Shown: piece by piece, positions 1 through 11,718 of the stretch
Layout of the letters: every line of letters starts with the position of its first letter
How positions within the stretch are numbered: position 1 is the stretch's first letter
DNA from: Octopus sinensis
Lineage: Eukaryota
DNA: 64,000 nucleotides
Reading direction: 5' to 3'
NCBI RefSeq assembly: GCF_006345805.1
Contig: NC_042998.1
Location: 42,532,001 to 42,596,000 of the forward strand
Translations under genes and position numbers: made by a program
The notes under the pieces: generated by a model
What the model was told of the DNA's origin: nothing
What the model saw: only the letters and a program-made list of their open reading frames with translations
The model's database searches: none

Positions 1-459
1 AGATGGTTTGAAGAAGTTTGAATCCTGACTTGTGCTAACATTGAATTATAGTGAGGGAGAGATGTGCCAAACAATCAACCGCACTTATCTCATCCCTGAC
101 TTTCTACACCTGCAGCAGGGCAGACCAGGTTCACTTGAGGTATATCAGGGATGCAATGAGATGACCAGGATTATTTACTGCTCTAACTATACTCTAAGGT
201 ATGTAGCCTCCAATGATAGTGCTGCACATTATCTTTTGGCCTATTATACACACACATATACATGTGTATATAATTGTGAGAGTGAGTGCTTACATTATAC
301 AAGCTTCATATGCAAATCTACTGACTGCAAGCAATGAAGTTTGCTGTCATTTCTCAATCAACAAATCATCTGGTGGCTCTGCTGTGTTGAAGGTGTGTGG
401 AATAAGAGATCACTTGCTTGAAAAAGAAGTAAAGGTTAGTAACAAGAAGGGCATCTGGC

Positions 460-790
460 TATACTCTTTTACTTGTTTCAGTCATTTGACTGCAGCCATG
501 CTGGAGCACCGCCTTTAGTCGAGCAAATCGACCCCGGTTGTCAAGCATCGGTTGTCAAGCAATGCTAAGGGGACAAACACAGACACACAAACCTATAAAC
601 ACACATACATATATATATATACATATATACAACAGGCTTCTTTCAGTTTCTGTCTACCAAATCCACCCACATGGCATTGGTCGGCCAGGGGCTATAGCAG
701 AAGACACTTGCCCAAGATGCCACACAGTGGAACTGAACCCGGAACCATGTGGTATGTAAGCAAGCTACTTACCACACAGCCACTCCTGCG
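460..790 (-). mobile_element. tRNA-derived SINE, family A
   Basis: Minus strand reads GCAGGAGTGGCTGTGTGGTAAGTAGCTTGCTTAC..GGTTCCGGGTTCAGTTCC (A/B-box head), internal (CA/TA)n, tail CCAGCATGGCTGCAGTCAAATGACTGAAACAAGTAAAAGAG; about 9 copies in the window. Confidence 0.85.
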
Positions 791-1390
791 CCTATGAAAA
801 CAATCTCTCAATAATATATATTCATTTAACCCATGCTAGCTGGGAAAAACATAAAAGTGAATGAATAAATGTAACACACAGTCACTCAATCAATTCATGA
901 ACCAAAGACAGAAACAATGAAAAAGAGAGGCACTTAATTCTTTGATGGTTGGAAATGTATGCAAAGATTATTGATATGCAAATGATGGCAGCGGTGGTGA
1001 TATTATCAATTTACACTGAGTATGAATTATGCTAAATAAACTGTTTAATTCCTGAAATTTGACAAATGTGAGGAGTTAAATTTGATCTGTTGAATGTTTA
1101 GTGAAACCAAATAATTGGAAAATTGCAACAGATACTTCACAAGTTTTATATCTGCATTCATATCATTTAAACACATTTGGCCGTATGGTGATGAAGACCA
1201 CTTCATTGTCACATGGTTTTGGGTTCCCTTCCACTGCATGGCACCTTAGTATCTCTACCATAACCTCAGGATGACTTATGAATAAGGTTTTATGAATGAA
1301 ATGCTGGTCAACAGAAAATATACAGAATCCAATGCTTTTCTTTCTTTTTCTTTTTATTTGTGTGTGTGTGTGTGGGGGTGTTTGCATGAA

Positions 1391-1512
1391 TCAGGTCACT
1401 GTTAGTGCTACTGGTAACATGTCATCCAGTACAACCTGTTGCATGGTTTGGCTGTCAGCAACTGACCCAGTAATCCTACCAAGCCTAAGGAGGGTAGCTT
1501 TTATTGGACACC
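1391..1512 (-). CDS. candidate last coding exon of unidentified minus-strand gene (G-CPIKATLLRLGRITGSVADSQTMQQVVLDDMLPVALTVT*)
   Basis: Strong acceptor TTTTGTTTTTCATTTTGCAG ending at 1513; one frame is open for 40 codons, the other two stop within 10 codons; frame of use uncertain. Confidence 0.4.
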
Positions 1513-1920
1513 CTGCAAAATGAAAAACAAAACCTCTGGTAGAAGCAACAGCCATCCAGCTGTTGGTAGTGAAATACCCCTATTCTTTGATTAGACATCT
1601 CCCTATGAGAAGGATATTCTGAAATAATACTTCTAGCATTATGAAGCTGGAGATCTTCAGCATGAACATTACTGACAACCATTGTCTTTAATATCTGGGA
1701 TAAGATAATTTATTAGTGATGGCCATGCTTGTTTATGAATTGATAGCCATCATGTATGTGCGCATGTGTGTGTGTGCGTATGTGTGTATGTGTGTGAGAG
1801 AAAGAGTCAGAGAGCGAGAAAGATTTTATTTCCATGTGGCTTCACATCAACACCTTTTGAGTAATATTGCATTTGTTTGTGTCTCCCATAAGCATATATA
1901 ACTCAGTGGTATTGTTGGTT

Positions 1921-2155
1921 TTAAGGCGGCGAGCTGGCAGAAACGTTAACACGCCAGGCGAAATGCTTAGCGGTATTTCGTCTGCGTTACGTTGTGAGTT
2001 CAAATTCCGCCGAGGTCGACTTTGCCTTTCATCCTTTTGGGGTCGATAAATTAAGTACCAGTTATGCACTGGGGTCGATGTAATCGACTTAATACCTATG
2101 TCTGTCCTTGTTTGTCCCCTCTGTGTTTAGCCCCTTGTGGGTAATAAAGAAATAG
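1921..2155 (+). mobile_element. tRNA-derived SINE, family B
   Basis: GGCGGCGAGCTGGCAGAAACG..GAGTTCAAATTCC..GGGGTCGATAAATTAAGTACC..TAAAGAAATAG, flanked by the direct repeat GGTATTGTTGGTTTTA; more than 15 copies in the window. Confidence 0.9.
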
Positions 2156-2477
2156 GTATTGTTGGTTTTATATGAAAACCAATAGAATAATAATAATAAT
2201 AATGATAATAATAATAAAAACCATGTAGGGACTGGCATCAGGAAGAGTATCTAACCACAGAAAACTGCCTCAGTAAGTTTGTCTAACCCATTCCATCCAT
2301 CCATCCATCCATTCATCTTTGCCCACAATCTTTGGGAAGGTCATAGGGTTAGAGTCTTCAGGCACCTCCATAGGGTTCTATCAAAAGTAACAGTCATTAG
2401 ACTTTCCAAATATGACTAATTGAGACTATGGATATTATCCAACCATTTCAATCTTAGTCTACTCTTATGCCACCTAC

Positions 2478-2618
2478 TGCTTGGTTTGAAGAATTTGTCT
2501 TGTGATTCTTTCCTGTGACATTGAAATCATATGTATATAATACTAGATTTGTGACTTCTCGGTGCTGAGAAATAGTGGCTTGACGTGAAGAGACTCTCTG
2601 GTCTCTCAGCTGCATATC
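2478..2618 (-). CDS. candidate internal exon (DMQLRDQRVSSRQATISQHREVTNLVLYTYDFNVTGKNHKTNSSNQA)
   Basis: Acceptor TTACATTTTATCTTTAATCAACAG, donor GCA|GTAGGT, 141 nt, phase 0-0, open and in phase with the 5624-5698 exon. Confidence 0.5.
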
Positions 2619-2645
2619 CTGTTGATTAAAGATAAAATGTAACAA

Positions 2646-3190
2646 CTGATGCAGACTTTGTGGAGTTCACACTGAAGATATCCCCCACATCATAAGTAGT
2701 TGTCTGAAAATGTCATCACAGTATTATCTACCAATGAGACACGATATTGTAGCTAGGACACTCTACAATGAAATCTGTCAGAAGGATAATCCCAAGGACT
2801 ACGAAAAAGGAACCTACAATATGGTAGAAGCCATAACCACTCATAATAAAAAGGAATACTGGTGGCATGTCCCAGTGAAGACCACAAAAAAATGTAAACA
2901 CAATGGACCTGATAAATGATTTGGGATAGAGAAGAGAAATTGTGCTCAGTTGTGGAAATTAGCTGCCCAGTAGATGTTAACATAAAACTGAAGATCAGTG
3001 AAAAAGAGAACACCTATGCTGAACTATTGAGAAATCTGCAGTTACTCTATCCAGATTACAAGTTCAGGTTTATACCTGTATTTACTGGAAACCTGGGATA
3101 TGTAACACTCTGCTTCAATACTAATCTTGAGAAATTAGGCTTCTCAGAACCAGAAAAAAGGAAGCTAATTCAAAGATTACAGATCCAAAT
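2646..3190 (+). mobile_element. R4/Dong-type non-LTR retrotransposon 3' fragment (CCHC knuckle + restriction-like endonuclease), frameshifted
   Basis: CRLC..EDIPHIISSC..RHDIVA..HNGPDK/MIWDREEKLCSVVEISCP..EKENTYAEL motifs typical of RLE domains. Confidence 0.8.
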
Positions 3191-3326
3191 CGATCCCAAA
3201 CCTTATTCTTTATAAGCCTAGTACTTATTCTATCAGTCTCTTTTGCCAAACCGCTAAGTTATGGAGACGTAAACACACCACCATTGGTTGTCAAGCGATG
3301 TTGAGGGGACAAACACAAACACATGA

Positions 3327-3370
<44 letters not shown>

Positions 3371-3593
3371 TTCTTTACTACCCACAAGGGTCTAAACATA
3401 GAGGGGACAAACAAGGACAGACAAACGGATTAAGTCGATTACATCGACCCCAGTGCGAAACTGGTACTTTATATATCGACCCCGAAAGGATGAAAGGCAA
3501 AGTCGACCTCGGTGGAATTTGAACTCAGAACGTATCGACAGACGAAATACCGCTAAGTATTTCACCCGGCGCACTAACGTTTCTGCCAGCTCG

Positions 3594-3632
<39 letters not shown>

Positions 3633-3785
3633 TATGACGGGCTTCTTTCAGTTTTCGTCTACCAAATCTACTCACAAGGCTTTGGTCTGCCCGAGGCTAT
3701 AGTAGAAGACACTTACCCAAGGTGCCACACAGTGGGAATGAACCTGGAACCATGTGGTTGGTAAGCAAGCTACTTACCACACATG
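3189..3785 (-). mobile_element. SINE family A copy interrupted by a SINE family B copy (about 3365-3597) in its internal (TA)n
   Basis: Family A halves at 3189-3360 and 3600-3785 flank a complete minus-strand family B copy. Confidence 0.8.
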
Positions 3786-4350
3786 CATATATATATATAT
3801 ACATGCAAACACACACACACGCACATGCACACACACATTCACACATATATATATATATGTATATACATGTACATATATATCAAAGGCGACTTCAGATCAT
3901 CATCCTCACTCAGGCTCATCACAGATTTTGCATAAGACACATGCCAGCTCGAAGAATTTCAAGTTTTTCCACTTTATTTCTAGCCCCAAATGGCTTCTTT
4001 TTAATATCTAGCACTATGCCTTCTTTATTTCTAAGTAAAGGGTAAAAATAATAATAATAATAATAATAATTATTATTATTATTATTATTATTATTATCTC
4101 CTTTTCATTCAACCTCTTTTTACCAGTCATTTTGCCATGTTGGACCATTAAACTCTGAACTTCTTCTCCCTCCATTTTTTCATTCTCTCTCTATTTTTTA
4201 CCCTTTAATCCTTTTTGTTGATGAGCATAGGCTCAAAACATAAAAGACTTTTCCATTTTTCCTGAGCATCAAACTAATACATCAGCTTGTTGTTTCTACA
4301 CCAATCTTTGTCTTTTGTTTTCTGTAAATTTGAACATGTATACACACATA

Positions 4351-4550
4351 CATCATCATCATCATCATCGTTTAACGTCCGTTTTCCGCGCTAGCACGGG
4401 TTGGACGGTTCGACCGGGGTCTGGGAAGCCAGGGGCTGCTCCAGGCTCCAGTCTGATCTGGCAGAGTTTCTATGGCTGGATGCCCTTCCTAACGCCAACC
4501 ACTCCGCGAGTGTAGTGGGTGCTTTTTACGTGCCACCTGCACAGGTGCCA
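4351..4550 (-). mobile_element. RTE LINE 3'UTR fragment with (GAT)n tail
   Basis: Reverse complement of the sequence following the RTE ORF end at 9120-9398. Confidence 0.75.
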
Positions 4551-5157
4551 GGGGGGGGGTTCATACATATATATATGTTATCATCATCATTGTCATTATC
4601 ATTTTCCTCTTCCTCCTCCTCCTCCTCCTCCTCCTCCTCATCATCATCATGATTGTGTTACAATATCTACTTTCCTTGCTGACATTAGCTGGACAGGTAG
4701 TCACTGTTCAGGTAGTCAGTCCATATTTAGAAATACTGCTCACTGCTCACATAGGTGGGTCAGAGGACCAAATTTCATTCAACATTCCTCATTTTGCTTG
4801 GTTTCTGCTATTATATGTTCTTCTTAACACCGACTGCTCTACAGAGTGTACTGGATGCATTTTATCATGACACCAGCACTAGAGATGTTGTGCTTTTGGC
4901 AAGATGAATAGGTCTTCTTCTCCTCACTTGTCAGCTTGTTTTCCAACTAATTAGCAGAATGTCCTGCTATCAAAGAGTATATAGTGGCACCATTGATATA
5001 AGTGGGCTGACCAAAGATTAAAGAGTCTTATCCACTGTATAAAATATTCATTTAATCAGGGCTGTGGTGCTGAAGAGGTGAATAGAGGAGATGGTAATGA
5101 CAAGGAAAACCAGGACAAATGTGAGAGAGAAACAAGAATGCGATGGTGGAAATGTGA

Positions 5158-5319
5158 TGGGTTCTCATTCCTAAGGTATTTTTTGATGTTATTATTATTA
5201 TTATTATTTCAGGTCACTGCCTGGAATCGAACTCAGAATCTTGGGATTAGTAGCCCGCACTCTTAACCACTACACCATATGCCCATGGGCATATGGCATA
5301 TGACCTGAATAACAACAAC

Positions 5320-5353
<34 letters not shown>

Positions 5354-5523
5354 AAAACAATAATAATAATAATAACAACAACAACAACAACAACATTGAA
5401 AAATACCTTAGGAATGAGAACCCAAGTTCGAAATTTCCCCAAGGCACTTGATGAAGGCTGGAGGGTATATCAGCTGAAACGTGTTAACAACAAAGAAGAT
5501 GAGGACAAATATCCGTCAAATGT

Positions 5524-5525
<2 letters not shown>
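5158..5525. mobile_element. fold-back element: tRNA-derived head + (AAC/AAT)n + degenerate hammerhead-like tail
   Basis: Inverted arms GGGTTCTCATTCCTAAGGTATTTT (5160) and AAAATACCTTAGGAATGAGAACCC (5400); central palindrome CATATGCCCATGGGCATATG; A/B boxes on the minus strand; TTGATGA-AGGCTG..CAGCT-GAAACG at 5448-5481. Confidence 0.65.
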
Positions 5526-5563
<38 letters not shown>

Positions 5564-5623
5564 TTCATACACACATACATATAATTGTTTCTGTGTAGTG
5601 GATTTAGAGAATGGTAAAAATAC

Positions 5624-5698
5624 CTTGTGGAATTGTAAGTTGTGTATCTTTACAGCCTGAATCCCATCTAAATCAACTATGCTTTTCCATAATCCAAA
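5624..5698 (-). CDS. candidate internal exon (FGLWKSIVDLDGIQAVKIHNLQFHK)
   Basis: Acceptor CCTGTTTTATCAAG, donor AAG|GTATTT, 75 nt, only the phase-0 frame is open. Confidence 0.55.
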
Positions 5699-6371
5699 CT
5701 TGATAAAACAGGTACCATGCAAAAATACTGAGGTCAATGACATTAACAAAATCATTAAAATGTGTTACCCCAGCTTAGTGACAATCAAATGAGAATTAAA
5801 CTAGTGAAGGAGTAACTGAATACACTGGAGAATAAAATGTTGAACACAGGAACATAACCATTTTGTGGAATCAAGTTACTACTAAAAAGTTTTGTTTTGT
5901 TCAAGCAAATTTGACTGCAATGTATATTTAGCTGCTATTGCTACCACATCAAGCAACTGTATAGAGACTTCTTTGTTAATTTATTTGTTGTGATTCATAG
6001 CAAAGAGATTAGGGGTTAGGCAGGACTGACATAATCTACAATGGATCAAATATATCATTTGTATGCTATATTTTTTGTTTATGTTAGTCGAGTGTGGTGT
6101 GTGTTAGTACTCTTGGTTGATTTATGCATTGTTTTGCTACATCTAGAGCTTTATTGCTTTGATACATAGTTTAATGAAACTAGGAGAGATGAAAATTTAT
6201 GTTAACTTCACTGTTGTCTTCAACTCAGATCAGTTTATTCAAGGCTTGTCGCTAAAGTGCATTCATTCTAGCACCCTTAACTCTACATCAATACAACTGC
6301 AATGCATGTATCCTATGTTATCATGTATTCAACTCAGTTTAACTCAGTGTAACTTATTGCTATGATCTTTG

Positions 6372-6842
6372 AACATTAGGTCTCATGGAGGCAATGACTA
6401 GTGACCAAGACCTTTTGGTGATATGCAATGCTTGAGAAGACTTGTCAAGCCAAGTGAAATTAGTTGTGGCAGTTGTTAGTGTCATGTAACTGGAACCGAT
6501 GCCAGTGGCATGTAAAAAGCATTTTTCGAGTATTGAGCCTCATGGAGGCAATGAGAGATGATCGAAACTTTTGGCAATATGCTGTACTTCAGAAGAAGAC
6601 CCATCAAGCCAAGTGAAATCATAGTTGTGGCAGATACTGGTGTCAAGCATCAGGCACCCATGCCAGGGGCATGTAAAAGCACCCATTACACTCTCAGAAT
6701 GGTTGGTGTTAGGAAGGGTATCCATCCATAGAAACCATACCAAATCAGACGAGTCTGGTGCAACCCCTCAGTTTACCAACCCAAGTCAAACCATCCAACC
6801 CATGCCAGCATGGACAACAGACCTTAAATGATGATGATGATG
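6372..6842 (+). mobile_element. decayed RTE 3' end with internal duplication and (GAT)n tail
   Basis: LGLMEAMT.DQDL..YA.LEKT remnant present twice, followed by 3'UTR homologous to 9120-9398. Confidence 0.6.
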
Positions 6843-7717
6843 ATTACTGTAAATGTTGCTAATGCTGAACTGGTGTCCTATCTGAAGGAAAACTTATTTT
6901 GGATTTGCTTAATTGAACAAATCTCAGAGCTAAGCATTAACTTTCCTGATCCTAAAGTTTCTGGATCTTATTTTTAAACCTATATACTGTAAGTGACCAC
7001 AAAATCCAGTCCTTGTTGCAATGTGATGGCTTGTGTACCTCACTGACCCCAAGAACTATGCCAGCAAAGTGCAAGCTCTTGGTAGGGCTCTCATGCTAGA
7101 CAGGCCACAAAATAGAAGCCAGACTAATATGATCCACCTCATCCCAGAGGTAAAAAAAAAAAGGTGACTGCATAGGGTCAGTATCCCTACCTAGAAAAAA
7201 AGCAATGTTACAAAATCATCAATAACAATTCAAAATGAACAGGATCTGGGAAAGGAAAGTCAGCCCAGAGTTGAGAATATTAAAGTCCTCGATGGTCAAT
7301 GCTCTGTAGGGAGGGAAGGACTTAAGTAAAAGTATTTACTAAAATGGATTTTATAAAGCTAATCAGTCATAATTACAATAAGATACTGTCAAAGCTAAAA
7401 TTAGTTAATCCTAAATTCTACAAGTGCAATATGTAAATATAAACAATCAAACACACACACACATACCCATACATGTTCACAGATTTATGATAGAAAAAAA
7501 TTAGGAAAGTAATCAAAGATAGCTAAAATTTGAAAAAGTTATGAATAGTCTATTTTTTTATTGAAGATTATTTGTCAATCTTTTCCCTTCTGTATAAAAT
7601 ATAGATATAAACAAAATAACAGAGTTACAATGTTTTAGACAGTTCCAGTCATATAAATGATACAATATATAGTAATTATAATATAACAATAGAGATGAAA
7701 AAAATTGTTTCACTTAC

Positions 7718-7724
7718 ATTGTTT
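7718..7724 (-). CDS. possible 7-nt microexon AAACAAT
   Basis: TTCTCCCCATTTAAAACTTTTTAG|AAACAAT|GTAAGT; would convert phase 2 (10530) to phase 0 (5698). Confidence 0.2.
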
Positions 7725-7953
7725 CTAAAAAGTTTTAAATGGGGAGAATGCTTTTAAAACTTTCTTCATTAACATCCATAAAATAAAGCTGTAACATACA
7801 AAACCTACGAAATGTCATAATTGTATTGAGGCTAAACTAGAACGTTTATAAAAATACAGAGATAGCCAGCTGTCTCAGATCCAACTATGAATCAATGTGA
7901 GAAATTAAGGCTGAAGTAACCTTTTCTTCCAACAACATGTCTTCTTACTTAGA

Positions 7954-7985
<32 letters not shown>

Positions 7986-8019
7986 TACTACTGTTCACAT
8001 GTTACTGATTTAAATGAAA

Positions 8020-8316
8020 ATCTATCAAATACAACTACATACCCATACATACATATATATACAAACATACATACTTACATAAGTACATACATACATACAT
8101 GCATACATACATACAGAAATACATAGAAACATATACACACACACATATAGACATACATACATACATGTAAACACACATACATACATACATACATACATAC
8201 TTATGTACATAAATACATATATACATACAAACTCAAATATACTAACAAATATAGATAGATACATGCATAACAGACATATGCAGAAACACATGCATATGTG
8301 CATGTGTATATTGATG

Positions 8317-8349
<33 letters not shown>

Positions 8350-8375
8350 ATGCATGTGTGTACATGCATATCTAT
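8020..8375. repeat. compound (ATAC)/(AT)/(GT) microsatellite
   Basis: Direct reading; explains the spurious ORFs here. Confidence 0.95.
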
Positions 8376-8889
8376 GCCTTGATATTTTTTATAAATGACA
8401 AATTCTCTATACTTTTTAGAGAAAATATCAGAAAAATCTATTTTTTTAAAAATAGATATATGTTGAGAAATATTTCTGCCTTCATAGTTAAAATCATATG
8501 TATTTATTGATCAATCTCACTACTTATATACAAAATGATATTGATTTTAATTGTTTACATAAAGTGCAGTAAGGAGACAAGCATATCCCACCAAGTTGAA
8601 AACTTAAACATAATGAATAAATTATATTTGCTTTTTAAAACGTCAAGCATAAATAAATTTTTATGATAGCATTCATAATCATCATCATCATCATTGTTTT
8701 AATGTCCACTTTTCCATGAGTGCATGATTGTGATGCTTGCTTACAATCAATGTGTTGTCAGGGCAAGGAGATAACACACATACACACATGCATACACTCA
8801 CATACACACATTTGCATACACATGCATATATATATATATACATACATACATATACATAAACAGGCACAAACATATATATATATATATAA

Positions 8890-9398
8890 GAGAGACGGCT
8901 GCGCTGGTATGGTCATGTGACGAGAATGGCTGAAGATAGTTGTGTGCAAAAGTGCTACACCCTAGCAGTTGAGGGAACCTGTGGAAGAGGTAGACCCAGG
9001 AAAACCTGGGACGAGGTGGTGAAGCACGACCTTCGAACTTTAGGTCTCACCAAGGAAATGACTGAAGACCGAGTCCTATGGAAGTGTGCTGTGCATGAGA
9101 GGACCCGGCAGGACTAGTCAGGCCATATCCCGTGGCCCCTACACCGTGTCGGTGGCACATAAAAAACACCATCCGAGCGTGGCCGTTTGCCAGCCTCGTC
9201 TGGCACCTGTGTCGGTGGCACATAAAATCACCCACTACACTCTCGGAGTGGTTGGCGTTAGGAAGGGCATCCAGCTGTAGAAACACTGCCAGATCTGACT
9301 GGACTGGTGCAGCTTTCGGGCTCCCCAGACCCCAGTTGAACCGTCCAACCCATGCTAGCATGGAAAGCGGACGTTAATTGATGATGATGATGATGATG
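8890..9398 (+). mobile_element. RTE-clade LINE 3' end (ORF C-terminus + 3'UTR + (GAT)n)
   Basis: RRLRWYGHVTRMAEDSCVQKCYTLAVEGTCGRGRPRKTWDEVVKHDL..EDRVLWK is the RTE C-terminal signature; a second 3'UTR copy follows at about 9500-9735. Confidence 0.9.
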
Positions 9399-9957
9399 AT
9401 ACACACACACATAAATATATATTCATGTATACACATACACATGTGTACATGCATACCGTTATACATACATATATACAACCATATAAAAAAAGCACCAACC
9501 AATTTTGTCCGTTGCCAGCCTCCCCTGGCACCTGACCCGGTGGCACGTAAAAAGCACCCACAACACTCACGGAGTGGTTGGCATTAGGAAGGACATCCAG
9601 CTGTAGAAACACTGCCGGATCAAACTGGAGCCTGGTGCAGCCTCCTGGTTTCCCAGACCCAGGTCGAACTGCCCAGCCCATGCTAGTATGGAAAGCGGAC
9701 GTTAAATGGCGACGATGATGATGATGATGATGATATATATATATATATATAAACTAATCATGTATAGAAAAGCATATATCCAGAATAGAAGCACACTCTA
9801 AGATGTAGACAGTTTATATTATAATGGGGAGGCTGGTTATTTTGATGAGGTCTTAGGTCAACAGGTTTGGAGTCTGATGGTACGCCATAAGGCCAAACCC
9901 CTTATGGACAAGAAACCCAGGGTAGCCCCATAAACTGGCCGCGCCCATTATGGTATA

Positions 9958-9998
<41 letters not shown>

Positions 9999-10529
9999 GT
10001 ATATTTACACACACACAAACACACCTAGCTTCTTTCAGATTCTGTCTACCAAATCCTCTCACAAGGTTACAAACAGTCCAGGGCTATAGTAGAAGACACT
10101 TAGCCAAGGTGCCATGTAGTGAGTCTAAACCCAAAATCATGTGGTTGGGAAGTAAACTTTTCACAATAGCTCAGCCATGCCTGTGCCATTATATTGACAA
10201 ATTTAATGTGACATATTACTTTCCTGGTGTTAAGGATGGTTCAATCTTGAAGATGCACCCTAATTTTAGCATGAAAATTTTGAAATGAAAATAAACATTA
10301 TTTACCAAGATATCTTTGTTAATAGTTTGGTGGCATATATATCTTGTTGATTACTTATACTAGTCATGGACAAACTGCAACCTGCAACTTCAGAACACTA
10401 CAACCCATAGGACATCCTGAATGACACAACTAACAAAAAATTACCTTGTATATTCTAATAGTATGGCCCACCTGATGATGAACCATGTCCCATGCAACCC
10501 AATTATTGAAAAAAAAAGATTATTCTTGC

Positions 10530-10621
10530 CTGATTGTGGTATGCATTGTTTCTTTCTCTTTTACAGTATAGGAATCCATAGGCAACCAACCTCTGGGCTT
10601 ATGGAAATTGTAAGCTTTCTC
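10530..10621 (-). CDS. candidate internal exon (EKAYNFHKPRGWLPMDSYTVKEKETMHTTI), possible GC donor
   Basis: Acceptor TTTATTGTGCTTCGTATAG, open in phase 0 after the 10820 exon, ends AG|GCAAGA (or reads on to TAA at 10520). Confidence 0.45.
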
Positions 10622-10819
10622 CTATACGAAGCACAATAAATTTTCAAGACTTATTTTAAGGAACAAAAATGTAGCATCGTGGATGCTAAGAAAAGTGGTA
10701 CATAAAATATCATATAGTTATTTTTATTAAAGTTTAGACAAAATGGAAATAATGCTACAAGTTAAGTCTAGCTTATAAGAATGGTTGCAGACTTGTTCAA
10801 TACAACTTTTAGTCTTTAC

Positions 10820-10860
10820 CTTAGAGCTGAAATTCTTATTTTTAAAAATACTATAAACAG
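10820..10860 (-). CDS. candidate internal exon (x-VYSIFKNKNFSSK)
   Basis: Acceptor TTCTTGTGCATTGTCCTGATCATAG, donor AAG|GTAAAG, 41 nt, phase 1-0. Confidence 0.45.
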
Positions 10861-10907
10861 CTATGATCAGGACAATGCACAAGAATATACTTGTTATACC
10901 GTTAGCA

Positions 10908-11200
10908 TGCGAAGGCATGTGGCTTAGTGGTTATGGAATTCGGCTCATGATCATAAGGTCATGAGTTCAATTCCTGGTGATGTGCTGTGTCCTTGAGCAA
11001 GACACTTTATTTCATGTTGTTCCAGTCCACCCAACTGGCAAAAAGGAATAGTACCTGTCTTTCAAATGGCCAGCCTTGTCACAATCTGTGCTATGCTGAA
11101 TCTCCCTGTGAACTACCTCAAAAGTACATGAGTCTGTGGAGCACTCATCCACATGCATGAGCAGGCTGTTCTATTGATCAGATCAACTTGAACCCCCTAG
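10908..11200 (+). mobile_element. older tRNA-derived SINE with TGTGTCCTTGAGCAAGACACTTT central domain
   Basis: TGGCTTAGTGG and GAGTTCAATTCC boxes, then a central domain resembling shared SINE core domains; relatives at about 33870-34160 and 47700-48030. Confidence 0.6.
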
Positions 11201-11652
11201 AGTGTACCATTAGCATGCATTGAACTGAAGAAAGTTATGCGACTTTGCATGCTTTTATCTAAATAACACTTCAATGACCAATGTGGATGGTATCTCACAT
11301 TTGTTATTTTATTAACTACTATATTTTATTAATAACTATATTACAGTAAGGTAGTGAGCTAGTAGAGTCATTACCACACCAAGGAAAATGCTTAGCATTT
11401 TTTCTGACTTTGCATTCCGAGTTCAGATTCCACCAGGATCAACATTGCATTTCATCTTTTCAGGGTTAATAAAATAAGTGTCTCCTCTAAAATTGCTGGC
11501 TTTGCACCGAAATTTGAAATCGATATTTATGTTACTGATTGCTAAAAATTTCACACTTTAGTATATATATACATATATATCATTTACTATGACTGACAAG
11601 TTATGGAACAACTGTGCATCTTCTCAAGAGCCCCATGGGTAGAAAAGTGTAC

Positions 11653-11718
11653 TTGGATTATCTTCTGCTAATTTTTGATGCAAGTAACATTGGCTATCCA
11701 CAATAACCTTTTTCTTTG
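11653..11718 (-). CDS. weak candidate exon (x-KKKVIVDSQCYLHQKLAEDNP)
   Basis: 66 nt, phase 1-1, open and in phase with the 10860 exon; both splice sites weak. Confidence 0.3.

Noticed and set aside
5215-5295. tRNA gene
   Set aside because: A/B boxes present but the acceptor stem does not close; it is an element head. Same for other tRNA-like heads
10567-10609. + strand 43-nt exon with good acceptor and GTAAGC donor (IGIHRQPTSGLMEI)
   Set aside because: No partner + strand exons found; overlaps the better-connected minus-strand exon 10530-10621
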